From Eledone cirrhosa (taxonomy: Eukaryota), in the NCBI GenBank assembly GCA_964016885.1, contig OZ024744.1, positions 64,294,001-64,358,000 of the forward strand: DNA of 64,000 nt. Reading direction: 5' to 3'. Of this stretch, positions 1 through 17,239 are shown in pieces. The stretch's first letter is position 1, and each line of letters starts with the position of its first letter. Made by a program: the position numbers and the translations under genes. The notes beneath the pieces were generated by a model, which saw only the letters and a list, made by a program, of their open reading frames with translations, was not told the origin of the DNA and did not search any database.

Positions 1-485
1 GAATACTATATGTATAGGAAAACGTTTGGTTAAGATATAACCACATATTGAATGGAGAGTAGGAGTGAAAGGAAGAAAGAGAGTTGAAAGCATGAGATGA
101 GAAATGAGAGGGGTATAGAGAGAGAGAAGAAAAGAGAAAAGGAGAAGAGAAAAGTGGGAAGGAGATTGATGGAACAGAACTTCTGGAGATTTGCGAAAGA
201 GGATAAAAATAATGGAGAAAGGATGAAGAGAGTAACTAGAAAAATAGAACAATGTATATAAATCTAGCCAACACAACAGAACCTAAATTTCTGTTGTTCA
301 GATGCTGGAACAGGGGAACAAGAGAGAAGTGGGGCATGTCTAACCCAAGCTATGATCAACAGGAAAAGAGGCTGTTGGTTATTCTGACAAGGACAACAGC
401 AGCAGTAGGTGACATAGAGCAGACACATCAGCAGCAGCAGCAGTGGTAATAACAAAGGAGAGGAAATAGTGGGAGAAACAAATAT

Positions 486-1636
486 ATCATCATTATCATC
501 ATTTTACATCCGTTCTTCCATACTAGCATGGGTTAGACGGGTTGTCCTGTTATGGGCAGTGTCCGGTTGGCTGACCTTGTCTTGCTTATACAGGAACTGA
601 TTCTGGCTTGATTTCTACAGCTGGATGCCCTTCCTAGCACCAACCTCATTTACAGTGAGTGCTGGGTGATTTTTTTCCGTGGCGCCTACACGTCCATTTT
701 GCAGTGGGAGAGGATGGGGGCATATTGTCTATATGCTTCAGCTTCGGCTTGATCATGTGGGAAGTCAGGTCTTCTGTATTACTGCGTAACGTCAGAGGTC
801 TCGGTCCTTTGAGAGGTGCAATTGGGCAAGGTCGGCTTTTATCACCTCATCCCAGGTCTTCTTAGGTCTCCCCACTCCACGGCTTCCATCAACTTTTAGT
901 GCTCTGCACCTTTTTATGCAGCTGTCATCCTTTATACGCATCACAGGTCCATACCAACACATCCTCCTCTCCTGCACACAGCATTTGATTCCTCCTATGC
1001 TCAGTCTCTCTCTCAATTCATTTATGCTTTGTCGTTCGTGTATATTACTATTACACATCCATCGGAGCATGCAGGCTTCGTTTCTTTCTAATGTACGCAA
1101 GTCTTCTGCACACAGTGCCCATGTCTCACTACCATATAACATTGCTGTTCGTATGCACGCATCATACAGTCTGCTTTTCACTTTGAGGGAAAAGCCTTTT
1201 GCAGCTAGCAGTGGCAGTAGCTCCTTGAACTTCTTTCATCCCGTTCTTACCCTAGTTATTGTACTTTCCAAACACCCACCTCCATTGCTAATTTAGTCAC
1301 CTAAGTAGCAAAAGCTGTCTAATGTTTCTACAGAGCCCTCCCAGAGTTTGGTGATACTTGTTTCCTGTGGTGTTTGCTGCTTGCTGTCCCGGCACAGCTG
1401 CTGCATGTAAAACCTATATTCTTAGCTAAGCTTCCTGAGATCCCATTACATCTCTTGTGTGCCTATTGTTTGCATTTGGGACAGAGGATGGAGTTCCTAC
1501 CTACACCTTTCTACATACTGAGCAAGGCTATTTCTCTGAAGGGATCTGGGTTCTGTTTTCTCTTCTACTTACGAGGACCTTAGTCTTTGTCAGGTTGACT
1601 TTGAGACCCTTTCTTTCTAGTACCTGCTTCCATGTT
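486..1636 (-). mobile_element. 5'-truncated, decayed RTE LINE (family B, long 3' UTR, (GAT)n tail)
   Basis: Minus ORF 792-1181 is the RTE C-terminus (RLYDACIRTAMLYGSETW...RGVGRPKKTW). PHD-like remnant near 1400-1530. 3' UTR carries the AGGAAGGGCATCC module. ATC-repeat tail at about 486-502. Confidence 0.9.
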
Positions 1637-1667
1637 TATATATATATAATGTAGAAATTTAAAAAAA

Positions 1668-4600
1668 TTTTTTTTTAATGACCATGCTGTAAAATGGAGG
1701 GGTAGAGAGGGCCCTTGAGTCTAGTAAGACATCCTCTCTAGTGCTGGTGGCACAAATAGAAGCACCCAGTCCATGCTGTAAAGTGGCGCTGGTGTTAGGA
1801 AGGGCATTCAACCAGTGTATCAATGCCAAAACGCTTATCAGCACAGCAACAAATAGATAGGAACAACAACAAAATATGAAGACATCGCATCTCAGAGTTG
1901 CAACACTTAATGTTGGCACTCTCAGAGGTAGATCTGCTGAAATAGCGGAGATGCTAGAGAGAAGGCAGGTGGATGTGTGCTGCGTGCAAGAGGTGAGATG
2001 GAGAGGTGCCTCTGCGAGACTAGTCGCAGGCAAACATCTTAGCTATAAGCTATTCTGGGTAGGTAAGGATGATGGGTTAGGGGGAGTAGGCATTTTCCTG
2101 GCTGAGAGATGGATCAATAAGACAATAGAGGTAGTTCGAGTTAGTAATCGAATAATTAAGCTTAGATTAGTTGTAGGCAGGAGACTACTGACAATCATCT
2201 CGGCCTATGCTCCTCAAGCAGGCCTAGGCAAAGATGAGAAAGACTGATTTTACGAGCAACTTTTACAAACAACCGCAATGACAGAGGATGGAGACATCGT
2301 TATGCTAGCAGGGGACTTCAATGGTCATGTTGGACAGCTCCAGGATGGTTACACTGGGGTACATGGTGGGCACGGTTACGGCTCAAGAAATGAAGAAGGA
2401 GTGAGACTTCTTGAATTTTGTGATGCAAGTACACTGACTATTTGCAACACAAACTTCCAGACACCTGCCAACCACCTAACAACCTACAAATCTGGTGAGC
2501 ACATAAGCCAGATTGACTTCTTACTAGTTAGGCAGTGGCACAGGCAGATAGTGTCTAATACCAAGGCATACCCTGGAGAAGAATGTACCCCCACAGCATA
2601 GGTTAGTCGTTAGTGAGATCTCAGTAAGCAGGAGATGGAATGAGACATACAGGAAGGTGTGGAGAAGAAAGGTCTGGAAGATAAAAGACCTTTCACTAAA
2701 ATACAAATTTAGGAAAGCCCTTCAAAATGTGTATGACGAAAAAGAAGACAACCTAGAGACGTATAACATAGATAATAACTGGAATTTCTTACGTGACAAA
2801 TTACTGCAGACTACTGATGAAACTTGTGGTTAGAGCAGAGCTCCAACCAGACAGAGAATAACCTGGTGGTGGAACAACACAGTAGATAAGGCCATTAGAG
2901 ACAAAAGACTAGCATGGAAGACTTGGAAAAAGGGTGGGAGTAGGGAAGAATATACAGCCGCTAAGAGAGAAGCTAGACGTCAGGTGTACTTAGCATGCAG
3001 GGAGGCTGAGAGTAGGAGGTTTGCCAATGTTCTGTGATGGGAAGATCAGAGGCATGCGGTGTTCCACATTGCAAGGCAATGTGTCAATGCAAATCAGGAT
3101 GTTGTTGGAGATAAATGTGTCCGGAACGATGCCGGTGTACTTAGTGTCACGAATGATAAAAAAAAGGAGGCCTGGAAATGTCATTATGAGAGACTGATGA
3201 ATGTGGAGAACGAATGGAAGAGAGAGAAATTACTCTCAGTAGATCCGACAGAGGGACCAGCTATTGAGATTGACGAATATAGGGTCCAAGAGGCGATGAA
3301 GAAAATGAAAAATGGTAAGGCTGCTTGACCATCAGGAATAGTTGCTGAGATGCTGAAGGCATCAGGGGACGTAGGCACTAAACTGGTTGCATGCATCATC
3401 AATCAAGCTATATATGGGGGTGTCATACCCAAAGACTGGTGCAGCAGTATTCTCATAAATTGCTACAAAGGTAAAGGGGATGCTCTGGAGAGGAGCAATT
3501 ATAGGGGTATAAAACTGATGGATCAGGTTATGAAAGTGGCAGAAAGGATATTAGCACAACTAATTAGAGAAAGGGTCAAACTAGATGAGATGCAGTTTGG
3601 TTTTGTGCCGTCAGGGAAATGGCCATGTTCGATATGCAGAAAAGGAACTGGTATAAATTCTATAAAATGTACACAAGAAGAGTACAACAGATGCCCTCTT
3701 CTTGGTGAGACAATTGCAAGAGAGGTTCTTAGAGAAAAATAGGCCCCTATACTTAGCCTTTGATGACCTAGAGAAGGCCTTTGATAGGGTACCCCGATCT
3801 GTCATCAGGTGGTCCCTAAGGAAACTGGGTGTTGAGGAATGGCTTGTGAGGACAGTGCAAACTTTGTACAGAGGTACTCTCAGTAAAGTCAGTGTAGGAA
3901 TGAAGTTTAGTGAGGAATTCCAGATACAGGTAGGAGTACATCAGGGTTTGGTCCTCAGCCGCTCTTGTTCATTATAGTTCTCCAAGCCATAACAGAGGAG
4001 TTTAAGACTAGCTGTCCATGGGAACTTCTCTATGCTGATAATCTGATTCTTATAGCAGAATTAGTAGAGGAGCTAGAGAATAAATTCTGGCTATGGAAAC
4101 AGCAGTTGGAAGCAAGAGGACTGAGAGTGAACCTAGCTAAGACAAAAGTGTTGATGAGTAGAAAAGAGGACAAAACTCTGATTCCGTCAGGGAAATGGCC
4201 ATGTTCGATATGCAGAAAAGGAACTGGTATAAATTCTATAAAATGTACACAAGAGATATAGCGGGATAGCAGACAAACTAACAGGTAGGGAGAAATACGT
4301 ATGCAGTAGATGTACAGGGAAATTAGACAGTAGAAGTCGTATTGATAGACATATTTTTCAAATGCAGGAGGGTGCTATAGAAGTGGTGGATAGCTTCCGG
4401 TACCTAGGAGATCAGATTAGCATGGGAGGGGGTTGTTCCGAGGCCATAGTATCTAGAATAAGGACGGGTTGGAAGAAGTTTAGGGAGTTGCTTCCTCTGC
4501 TGACGAAGAAGGGTTTCTCCCTGCATACGAAAGGCCGGTTATATGATGCCTGTGTGAGGAGCGCGATGTTGCATGGTAGTGAGACATGGGCAGCAACTGC

Positions 4601-5012
4601 AGAGGATATGCGACGGCTGGAGAGAAATGAAGCAAGCATGCTCCATTGGATGTGCATTGTTAATGTGCGTGAACGACCCAGCATGAATGTGTTGAGAGAG
4701 AAACTGTGTCTGGGAGGGATAGAATGTAGTGTACGGGAGAGGAGACTGAGGTGGTATGGACATGTGATGCGCATGGAGGATGACCGATGGGTGAAGAAGT
4801 GCCAGGAAATGCCAGTTGAAGGAAGATGTGGTAGAGGTAGACCACGAAAAACATGGGCAGAGGTGGTGAGAACAGACCTCAGATCGCTGAAGCTCACAGT
4901 CGAGATGACGAAGGACCGTGACAAGTGGGGAGATGCTGTGCTGAATAAGACCCGTCCCACCCTTGCAAGCAGGAGAAAGCGGACGTAAAATGATGATGAT
5001 GATGATGATGAT
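1668..5012 (+). mobile_element. Full-length but inactivated RTE LINE (family A)
   Basis: Colinear with the intact ORF at 26969-30037 (MKTSHLRVATLNVGTL, GDFNGH, QGxVLS, YADN, ending RRKRT*), with several stops and frameshifts. 5' UTR starts after a T-run; (TGA)n tail at about 4991-5012. Confidence 0.95.
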
Positions 5013-5349
5013 ATTGCTTCAACAGGACTAGAACAGTTACATTCGGGAAAAATCATCAGGAAGCCAACTGTCCAAGTAAAATGGTAGTATTTATATATTT
5101 TCTGGTGGTAGGAGGGGGTGGAGATTGGGGTGGGTGGAGGTCTTTGGTTGATGGATTTAAAGAAAAGGGAATTCTTGAAAAACTATATTTAGAGTAACAA
5201 AGGCAGACAAAAATTCAAGCTATAGACAAATTCACACTGGAGGGGGGGGGGGGGGGGGAGACTCCTGATTTTTAAGGTTCATTTATTTCAAGCAAACAAT
5301 AGCTATTCATTGGTGAGGTCTGCCAAAATGGTCAGGTGTCTACAATCAC

Positions 5350-5657
5350 ACATGCACACACACACACACACCCTCACACATGTGCACACACACAAACACA
5401 CATATGCCCACACTCACATATATATACATATACATACACATACATACATATATATATATACACACATATATATACACACATATATATATACACCCATACA
5501 CATGTATATACACATACTCACACATATACACATGTATACATATGCATATACATATATATATATATATATGTGTGTGTATAAATGTATATATGTATGTATG
5601 GGTATGTATATATGTATGTGTATGTATGTGTATATGTATGTATATATATATACATAT
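5350..5657. repeat. CA/TA compound microsatellite
   Basis: Direct reading. Confidence 0.9.
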
Positions 5658-5849
5658 ATCTAGGGAGTGTAACGCAGAGTTACTGTAGGTTCACCTGGGT
5701 GAACACTCGATGTTTAGGTTCACGTCTGTATCGAGGTGTAGAATTAGACAGAGTGTAGTATAATAAAATAAAACAAGGAGTCCTTTTTTTTCTTCATTTG
5801 AATTTGGCAAAGCTGGCCATTAATCACTCGTATACAGGAAACTGACTGG

Positions 5850-6145
5850 CCTGTCTGCTGATATGCAAATCTGGCTGATCAGTGGATCTGCTAATATACC
5901 GATCTGGCTGATCAGCCAGTCTGCTAATATGCAAATCTGGCTGATCAGTGGATCTGTTAATATGCAAATCTGACTGATCAGCCAGTCTAATATGCAGATC
6001 TGACTGATCAGCCAGTCTGCTAATATGCAGATCTGGCTGATTAGTGGATCTGCTAATATGCAGATCTGACTGATCAGTGGATCTGCTAATATGCAGATCT
6101 GACTAATCAGCCAGTCTGCTAATATGCAAAACAGGCCGATCAGTC
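5850..6145. repeat. ~33-bp tandem repeat, about 9 copies (TCTGCTAATATGCAGATCTGGCTGATCAGYSRR)
   Basis: Direct reading; CAGTGGA and CAGCCAG variants are interspersed. Confidence 0.9.
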
Positions 6146-6195
6146 ACTGTATATTTTAGAAAATATGAATTTTCACTAGCTCTGACAGTTGGCAG

Positions 6196-6261
6196 GTGAA
6201 CAGAGAACTGTACTGATGAAGGGTGATACCCAGAAACATTAGTGTCTGCAGTTCTGTTTAC
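6196..6261 (+). ncRNA. Type I hammerhead ribozyme motif (family 2)
   Basis: Stem I AGAACUGUA (6204-6212) / UGCAGUUCU (6247-6255); CUGAUGA 6213-6219; stem II GGGU-GAU-ACCC; GAAA 6233-6236; stem III ACA-UUAG-UGU; GUC cleavage triplet 6244-6246. Confidence 0.85.
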
Positions 6262-6386
6262 ATGCCAACACAAGAGCAAGAATGAAGTGTTCATTCTACT
6301 AACATGGCTTTTAAAAAGAGGCTTGTTTGCATGATTGCAAACGAATCGAATGTTATTATTACTATTTGAAAAAATCAGATTACATT

Positions 6387-6448
<62 letters not shown>

Positions 6449-6594
6449 AAATAAAACAAGGACACCTTGTTTTATTTTATTATACTACACTCTGTCTAGC
6501 TCTACACCTCGATACAGACTTGAACCTAAACATCGAGTGCTCACCCGGATGAACCGTAACTTTGTGGCACACTCCCTGGATATATATATATATA

Positions 6595-6820
6595 CTAGCT
6601 GGCCTGTCCGGCTGGTGCCCAGCTAGGTATACCTGCCCCCACCACTCCACTGCAAAGATACCACACACCCTCCCGTGTCACATTGTCCTTCCGACTCTCT
6701 CTCTCTCTGAATAACTAACACATTAATTGTATCTCTCTCTGTCTAACAGCCTATCTCTCTCTTTCCCCTCCCTCTGTTTTTCTGTCTCTCTCTGTAGATG
6801 TGTGTGTGTAGTTTTCCTAA

Positions 6821-6905
<85 letters not shown>

Positions 6906-7190
6906 TCTCTCTCTATGTGTATATATTGAAGGGAGATACGGAAACTAAACAGTGTTGTCATATAGAGAGTGAAGAGCAACAGAGAGAGTAAAGCAGTTAA
7001 ATTATAGAGAGGGGGAATGATCTTACATACATACATACATACATATAAAGTATAGATATGTGTGTGTGTGTGTGTTTGTGGATGTGTATGTGTGTTTGTG
7101 TATGTGTGTTTTGTTTTGATGTTATCCGGCAATTGCCGAAATCAGGTGTGAAAGTATGTGTATTTGTGTGTGTGTGTGTGTGTGTGTGTA

Positions 7191-7237
<47 letters not shown>

Positions 7238-7874
7238 GTGTTACTTATGTGAGCGACAACAGAGAAAGTGTATGGCATACATCTATCTATCTATCTAAGG
7301 CAGGTAAAATTCCCGAGATCCATGGACGAGTTCTCTCCAGCGGTCTCTGTCCCTCATTATCACTGCCATGTCCTGCATCTCCAACAGACCAGTGTCTGTC
7401 CTTGGGGCATCAACATACGTTAACCTTGGTCTTCCTCTTCTAGTGTGTCCATGTAGAGGCTCCCACAGGTATACATACATTATTATATTTGTCTGTATTT
7501 TCGTTCTGCAACCATTATATTATGATATTTGTATCCAAATGATTTTAGATGTATGTATTACCTGCTTTCCCGTCCCTCTGTTTCTCTTTCCCAGTCTCTC
7601 TCTCTCTCCTCTCTCCTCTCTCTCTTTAGATGTGTGTGTGTAGTTTTCCTAATCTGTCTCTTTCACTCTCTGTCTCTCTAAGAGGATTGTATTTTGATGT
7701 ATGTATTTACCTGCTTGTGTGTTGACCGAATTTGAAGGAGGTTATCCTTTTGAAATAAACATACATATGATGCTCATCTCCATGTTGATATATTGAAAGT
7801 AAAAGAGTGTTGTCATATAGAGAGTGAAGAGAGAGAGAGAGTAAAGCAGTTAAATTATAGAGAGGGTGAAAGAG

Positions 7875-7926
<52 letters not shown>

Positions 7927-7933
7927 TGAGGAG

Positions 7934-7970
<37 letters not shown>

Positions 7971-8444
7971 GCGACGCTCAGCTTTATAATATTAAAGAGT
8001 GAAAAGCGACAGAAAGAGTAAAGCAGTTAAATTATAGAGAGGGGGAATGATTTATTATAGAGAGAGGGAAGAGCGACGGAGAGAGTAAAGCTAAGAAACT
8101 ATAGGGAGGTGTGTAGGATACATACGTGTTGACCGAATTTACATACGACGCTCATCTTTACGGAAAGTAAAAGAGTGTTGTCATATAGAGAGTGAAGAGA
8201 GACAGAGAGTAAAGCAGTTAAATTATAGAGAGGGTGAAAGAGGGAGAGAGAGAGAGACGACGCTCAGCTTTATAATATTTGAGAGTGAAGAGCGGCAGAG
8301 AGAGTAAAGCAGTTAAATTACAGAGAGGGGAAATGATCTATTATAGAGAGAGGGAAGAGCGACGGAGAGAATAAAGCTAAGAAACTATAGGGAGGTGTGT
8401 AGGATACATAATACATACACACGACACTCAGCTTTATAATATTA
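6595..8444 (-). mobile_element. Probable non-autonomous Helitron with internal GA-rich duplications
   Basis: Minus-strand 3' end: degenerate GC hairpin, then CTAG|T at 6595-6598. 5' AATATTATAAAGCTG motif at about 8430-8443, repeated near 7980 and 8268. Repeated GAGAGTAAAGCAGTTAAATTATAGAG blocks. Confidence 0.5.
7295..7470 (-). mobile_element. RTE-like LINE 3' fragment (family distinct from A/B/C)
   Basis: LWEPLHGHTRRGRPRLTYVD...DTGL...MRDRDRWRE resembles an RTE C-terminus. Confidence 0.7.
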
Positions 8445-8956
8445 CTAGCAGTAAAGCCCGGCGTTGCTCGGGGTCGCTCAGTAGCTGTGTTAAAGTTACA
8501 ATGTTAAGTTTCTTTTTTGGCTTAAAAGCTGTAGTGTCTACTGTGCAGACTTGCATGTGGTGTTTTTGATTAATATTCCCTCAACCAACAATATGCCTTA
8601 TGAAGTTAAGAAAACATAACGATAACCCGAATGTTATAACAAAAGAGGATGCTGGGGATAAAAACTGCACTGGTTATTTATTAACAAAGATCGAAAATGT
8701 AAACACTGCAACGCAGAGAAAAACAACGTAAGACGCTCAATGTAAACAGAACAAAGGGAAATAACTCGTCACTTACGCTCAAAAATCGATACATTAGATT
8801 CGATTTCGTCACATAGGGTGGGTCAATTTGAAATATTTTTTTTCCGATGTCTTCGCTAGGGCTCAATGTACAAGTATAGCAATTTCGGTGCAATTCCGTC
8901 AGAGATTCTAAGAGGAGATGTGTGCCAAAAATCGATAGACAGACAGACAACCACAG

Positions 8957-8970
<14 letters not shown>
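8445..8970 (-). mobile_element. Non-autonomous Helitron
   Basis: Minus strand ends with the hairpin CCCGAGCAACGCCGGG, a short spacer, then CTAG|T. It starts TATATAAAGCTGTGGTTGTCTGTCTGTC, typical of Helitron-N 5' ends. Confidence 0.7.
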
Positions 8971-9045
<75 letters not shown>

Positions 9046-9521
9046 CACATACATACATACCCATACATATATATACACACACACACATATAGATATACTA
9101 TAAGGATAAGGAACAAGGATTCAGTATTGCATCATAACATATCTAATAACATATTACATATGTTTCACTATCGATCAGCTCGAAACAAGACCTATTATAG
9201 ATCGAACCTGACTCTGTAATCGAAAAGTCGTCAGATATGCTTAGTATATGAATGTGTCTCCGATTCTGTGTGTTCAAATCTCTAGCTATTAGCTATCTAC
9301 AGTATATATTAACATCATGTTATTCTACATCCATTGATTGGTTCAATTATGCCATCATCATCATCACTCTATCCTCGAGGTAACAGCTGTCTGTCCTCTG
9401 GTCAAGTTGTTGTGTGCGTTCATGCGTGGGGGGTTGTTGGCCTGCCATTTACTGCTATATTTAATGTTCATATATCACCGATATCTCCACGTATATATGT
9501 ATATATATGTATGTATGTATA

Positions 9522-13110
<3,589 letters not shown>

Positions 13111-13286
13111 TCCAGATTTTTTTTTTCTTCTCTAACTCTCCAGAATTCTGTAGTCCATCCATCATATCGAAAGGCAACCAGGTAAGTGATAGCGTAGGCC
13201 GCTGACTTATGATTGGCCCACGTAATAATGGTGGTGCGTGGGGGCAGGTGGGAGGGATATGGGGTAGTTAGCGATATATATATAGC

Positions 13287-13366
<80 letters not shown>

Positions 13367-14219
13367 TAACAAATTAAAGTTTAAGCAAAGAATCGCTGCT
13401 TTCACCCTTAACGGGATCTTCTGAAACTAACAAAGTCAATCTGTAAACGCAGAAGTGGATATTTCAAAACACGTTGCAACCGAAGGAAGACAGGAAGACG
13501 ATACTTTGGTTCGTGGAAACGTTCCCTTCACAAAACGTACAGGTAATATATACTTACCTATGCAAATAAATAATGGTATAAACATAACATATACTTAGCT
13601 ACCACATCAAGACGTAAAATATCCACGTATAGATCGTACTATCCGTTAGGGTATAACGTGGGGCTGTAATACAGGAAAGTTTTGTGCAATTTATGTTTAC
13701 AAGCCGAAATTGCCTCAGATTTTTTGTTTAAGATGTGGTCTGTGGCGTAGAGTATTTCCAGGGCCCCAGCGGAGCAGAGGTCACATGGTCTTTTATTTCT
13801 GTTATACGATCATGCCCGATGCACATGTCCGCTTTGTACGGCTTTTGGAGGAAGGAGTGGCCAGCAGTACGTTGTTCAGTATTATTATGAAAAGGTGTAG
13901 CAGAGAATCCTGCGTGAACTAACAACTCAGGAGGAAACTGCTTACCTCGAAGATTCATTCACCATCGTTCTTGTCAACATTAAGGAATTAGTATTTGTGA
14001 GGATAAAATAAAGTATATCTTATACTTTGATTAATGTCTAAGGATGGAAGATTAAAATAAAGTATATCTTATAGTGATTAATGTCTAAGAAGACAACAAC
14101 AGAACCAATAACTACAACAATAACTACAACAACAACAGTAACATCAATAACAACAAATACAACAACAGCAGCAACAACAACAGCAACTATAACAACAATA
14201 ATAACTACAATAACAACAA

Positions 14220-16285
14220 TCATCATCATCATCATCATCATCATCATTTTAAGTCCGCTTTTCCTTGCTTGGAAGGGTGGCACTGGTCTTATTCAGCACA
14301 GCATCTCTCCATTTATCACGGTCCTTTGTCATCTCCTCTGTGAGCTTCAGCGATCTGAGGTCAGCTCTCACCACCTCCACCCATGATTTTCGTGGTCTTC
14401 CTCTACTGGGATTTCTTGGCACTTCTTTACCCAATGGTCATCCTCCATGCGCATCACATGTCCATATCGTCACAGTCTTTTCTCCCGTACACTACAACTT
14501 ATCCCTCTTATACACAGTTTCTCTCTCAACTTGTCTATGCTTGATCATTCATGCACATTGACATTGCACATCCAACGGAGCATGCTTGCTTCATTTCTCT
14601 CCAGCTGTCGCATATCCTCCACAGTTGCTGCCCATGTTTCACTACCATGCAGCAATGTGCATCTCACACAGGCATTCATTCATAGAGAGAAACCCTTCTT
14701 TGTCAACAGAGGAAGCAGCTCCTTAAATTTCTTCCAACCCGTCCTTATTCTACAAACTATGGCCTCGGAGCACCCTCCTCCCTTGCTAATTTGATTACTT
14801 TAGGTATCAGAAACTATCAACCACCTCTATAGATCCTACCTGCATTTGAAAAAGGTGTCTATCAATGTCACTTCTGCAAATTTCCCTGAACATCTATTGC
14901 ATATGTAGTTTTCCCTACCTGTTAGTTTGCCTGCTATCCCACTACATCTCTTGTGTATCCAAGATCTGCATTGTGTACATTCTATAGAATTTATGCCAAC
15001 TCCTTTTCTACATATTGAACATGGCCATTTTCCTGATGGAATCAGAGTTTTGTCCTCTTTTCTACTCATCAGCCCGTCTGTCTTAGCTAGGTTCACTCTT
15101 GATTCCAACTGATGTCGCCATAGCCAGAATTTATTCTCTAGCTCCTCTACTGATTCTGCTATAAGAACCAGATCGTCAGCATAGAGATGTTCCCATGGAC
15201 AGCCAGTCTTAAACTCCTCTGTTATGGCTTGGAGGACTATGAACAAGAGCGGGCTGAGGACCGAACATTGATGTACTCCTACTTGTATCTGCAATTCCTC
15301 ACTAAAGTCTATTCCTACCCTCACTATACTGACAGTACCTCTGTACAAAGTTTGCACTGTCCTCACAAGCCATTCCTCAACACCTAATTTCCTTAGGGAC
15401 CACCAGATGACAGACCGGGGTACTTTATCAAAGGTCCTCTCTAGGTCAACAAAAGTATAGTAGCTTATTCTTCTCTAAGACCCTCTCTTGTAGTTGCCTC
15501 ACTAAGAAGAGAGCATCTTTTGTACTTTTCCCTGGCACAAAACCAAACTGCATCTCATCTAATTTGACCCTTTCTCTAATTAGTTGCGCTAGTATTCTTT
15601 CTGCCACTTTCATAACCTGATCCATCAGTTTTATGCCCCTATAACTGCTCCCCTCTAGAGCATTCCCTTTACTTTTGTAGCAATTTATGAGAATACTGCT
15701 GCACCAGTCTTTGGGTATGACTCCGCCATATATAGCTTGATTGACGATGCGTGCAGCCAGTTTAGTTCCTGCTTCTCCTGATGCCTTCAGCATCTCAGCA
15801 ACTATCCCTGATGGTCCAGCAGCCTTACCACTTTTCATTTTCTTAATTGCCTCTTTGACTCTATTGTCATCAATCTGAATAGCTGGTCCCTCTCTTGGGT
15901 CTTTTGGGAGTAGTTTCTCTCTCTCCCATTTGTTCTCAACATTCATCAGTCTCTCATAGTGACATTTCCAGGCCTCCTTTTTCTGATCATTAGTGACACT
16001 AAGTGCACCAGCATCATTTTGGACACACTTATTTCCAACAACATCCTGATTTACACTGACACACTGCCTTGCAATGCAGAACACCACACGTCTCTGATCT
16101 TCTCATCGCAGAACATTGGCAAACCTCCTACTCCCAGCTTCCCTGCGTGCTAAGTAGACTTGACATCTAGCCTCTCTTTTAGCGGCTGAGCATCGGTCTC
16201 TTCTCCCACTATTTTCATAAACCTTCCATGCTAGTCTTTTGTCTTTAATAGCTCTATCTACCGTGCTGTTCCACCACCAGGTCAC
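14220..16285 (-). mobile_element. 5'-truncated RTE LINE (family A-like) inserted in an AAC-rich microsatellite
   Basis: ORFs 15446-16087, 14836-15366 and 14249-14434 are homologous to the intact copy. (ATC)n tail 14220-14246; AAC repeats on both sides. Confidence 0.92.
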
Positions 16286-16468
16286 AATAATTACAACAGC
16301 AGCAACAATAACAACAATAACTACAACAATAATAACAACAGAACCAATAACTACAACAGCAATAACAACAACAATAACAACAACATGAACATTATTACAA
16401 ATATCAACAAAATTACAAAGAAATGAAACACCATAAAATCAATGGATACAAAGAAATAACAAACCTAC

Positions 16469-16509
<41 letters not shown>

Positions 16510-16513
<4 letters not shown>

Positions 16514-16672
16514 GTTTCTACTTTAGGCACAAGGCCAGCAATTATCCAGTACATTACTGGTACTTTATTTTATCGACCCCGTAAGGATGAAAGGCAAAGT
16601 CAACCTCGGCGGGATTTGAACTCAGATCGTAAAGGGATGTAACTATGCTGGAAAGCATGGCGTCCGACCCTC
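16510..16672 (-). mobile_element. tRNA-derived SINE family N (5'-truncated)
   Basis: B box GAGTTCAAATCC, central GCCTTTCATCCTTACGGGGTCGATAAAATAAAGTACC, tail GGCCTTGTGCCTAAAGTAGAAACAAT. Confidence 0.8.
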
Positions 16673-17239
16673 TAAATAAATAAATAATTAAATGAGAAAT
16701 GATAAGTTGTTGACAAAACTATTATGTATCCCATTACTCCTGATAGAGTCGTAGGGGTGTCATATTGACATATAACGTTTCTTGGGCATTTTAAACCTGG
16801 CGGAGCCCATCCCTCTCCAGGCCTGAGTACAGCAGATTTCTTCTAGAGAAAGATAGAAAGTGAGAGAGAGGAAATGAGAAAGAGATATAGAGGAAGATTC
16901 GGCCCCAGTATTAGACTAGTACTTTTTTATTGACCTCGAAAGGATGAATGACAAAGTTGACCTTGGCAGAGAGTGAGAGCGAATACCATAAAATATTCTA
17001 TCTGATGGTCTAATGACTCTACCAATCTGACGGTCTAATGACTCTACCAATTTGCCACCTAAAACTATCATAGAAAGAAGGAAATTGTAAAAGTTTCAGG
17101 ACGAAGAAGACAATATTATTGTTTAGCAGGTAAGACTTGATTAAAACATACCTATGATTAAATATTTTCAAGTCATGCCCATTCTATCTTTTTAAGAAGT
17201 CCAAGTTATATCATGGTGGTGCCAATAATAAGACAACTA

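Larger units (their letters stand above)
5658..6581. mobile_element. Element bounded by ~120-bp inverted repeats, with an internal 33-bp tandem array and a hammerhead motif (Penelope-like pLTR/retrozyme or MITE)
   Basis: 5658-5783 and about 6465-6581 are imperfect reverse complements (AGGGAGTGT...ATAAAATAAAACAAGG). Both ends are flanked by (TA)n. Confidence 0.7.

Noticed and set aside
2810-2830. CTGATGA-AAC as a hammerhead core
   Set aside because: Lies in RTE coding sequence with no stem II or stem I; similar isolated hits near 32885 and 55795 also lack the fold.
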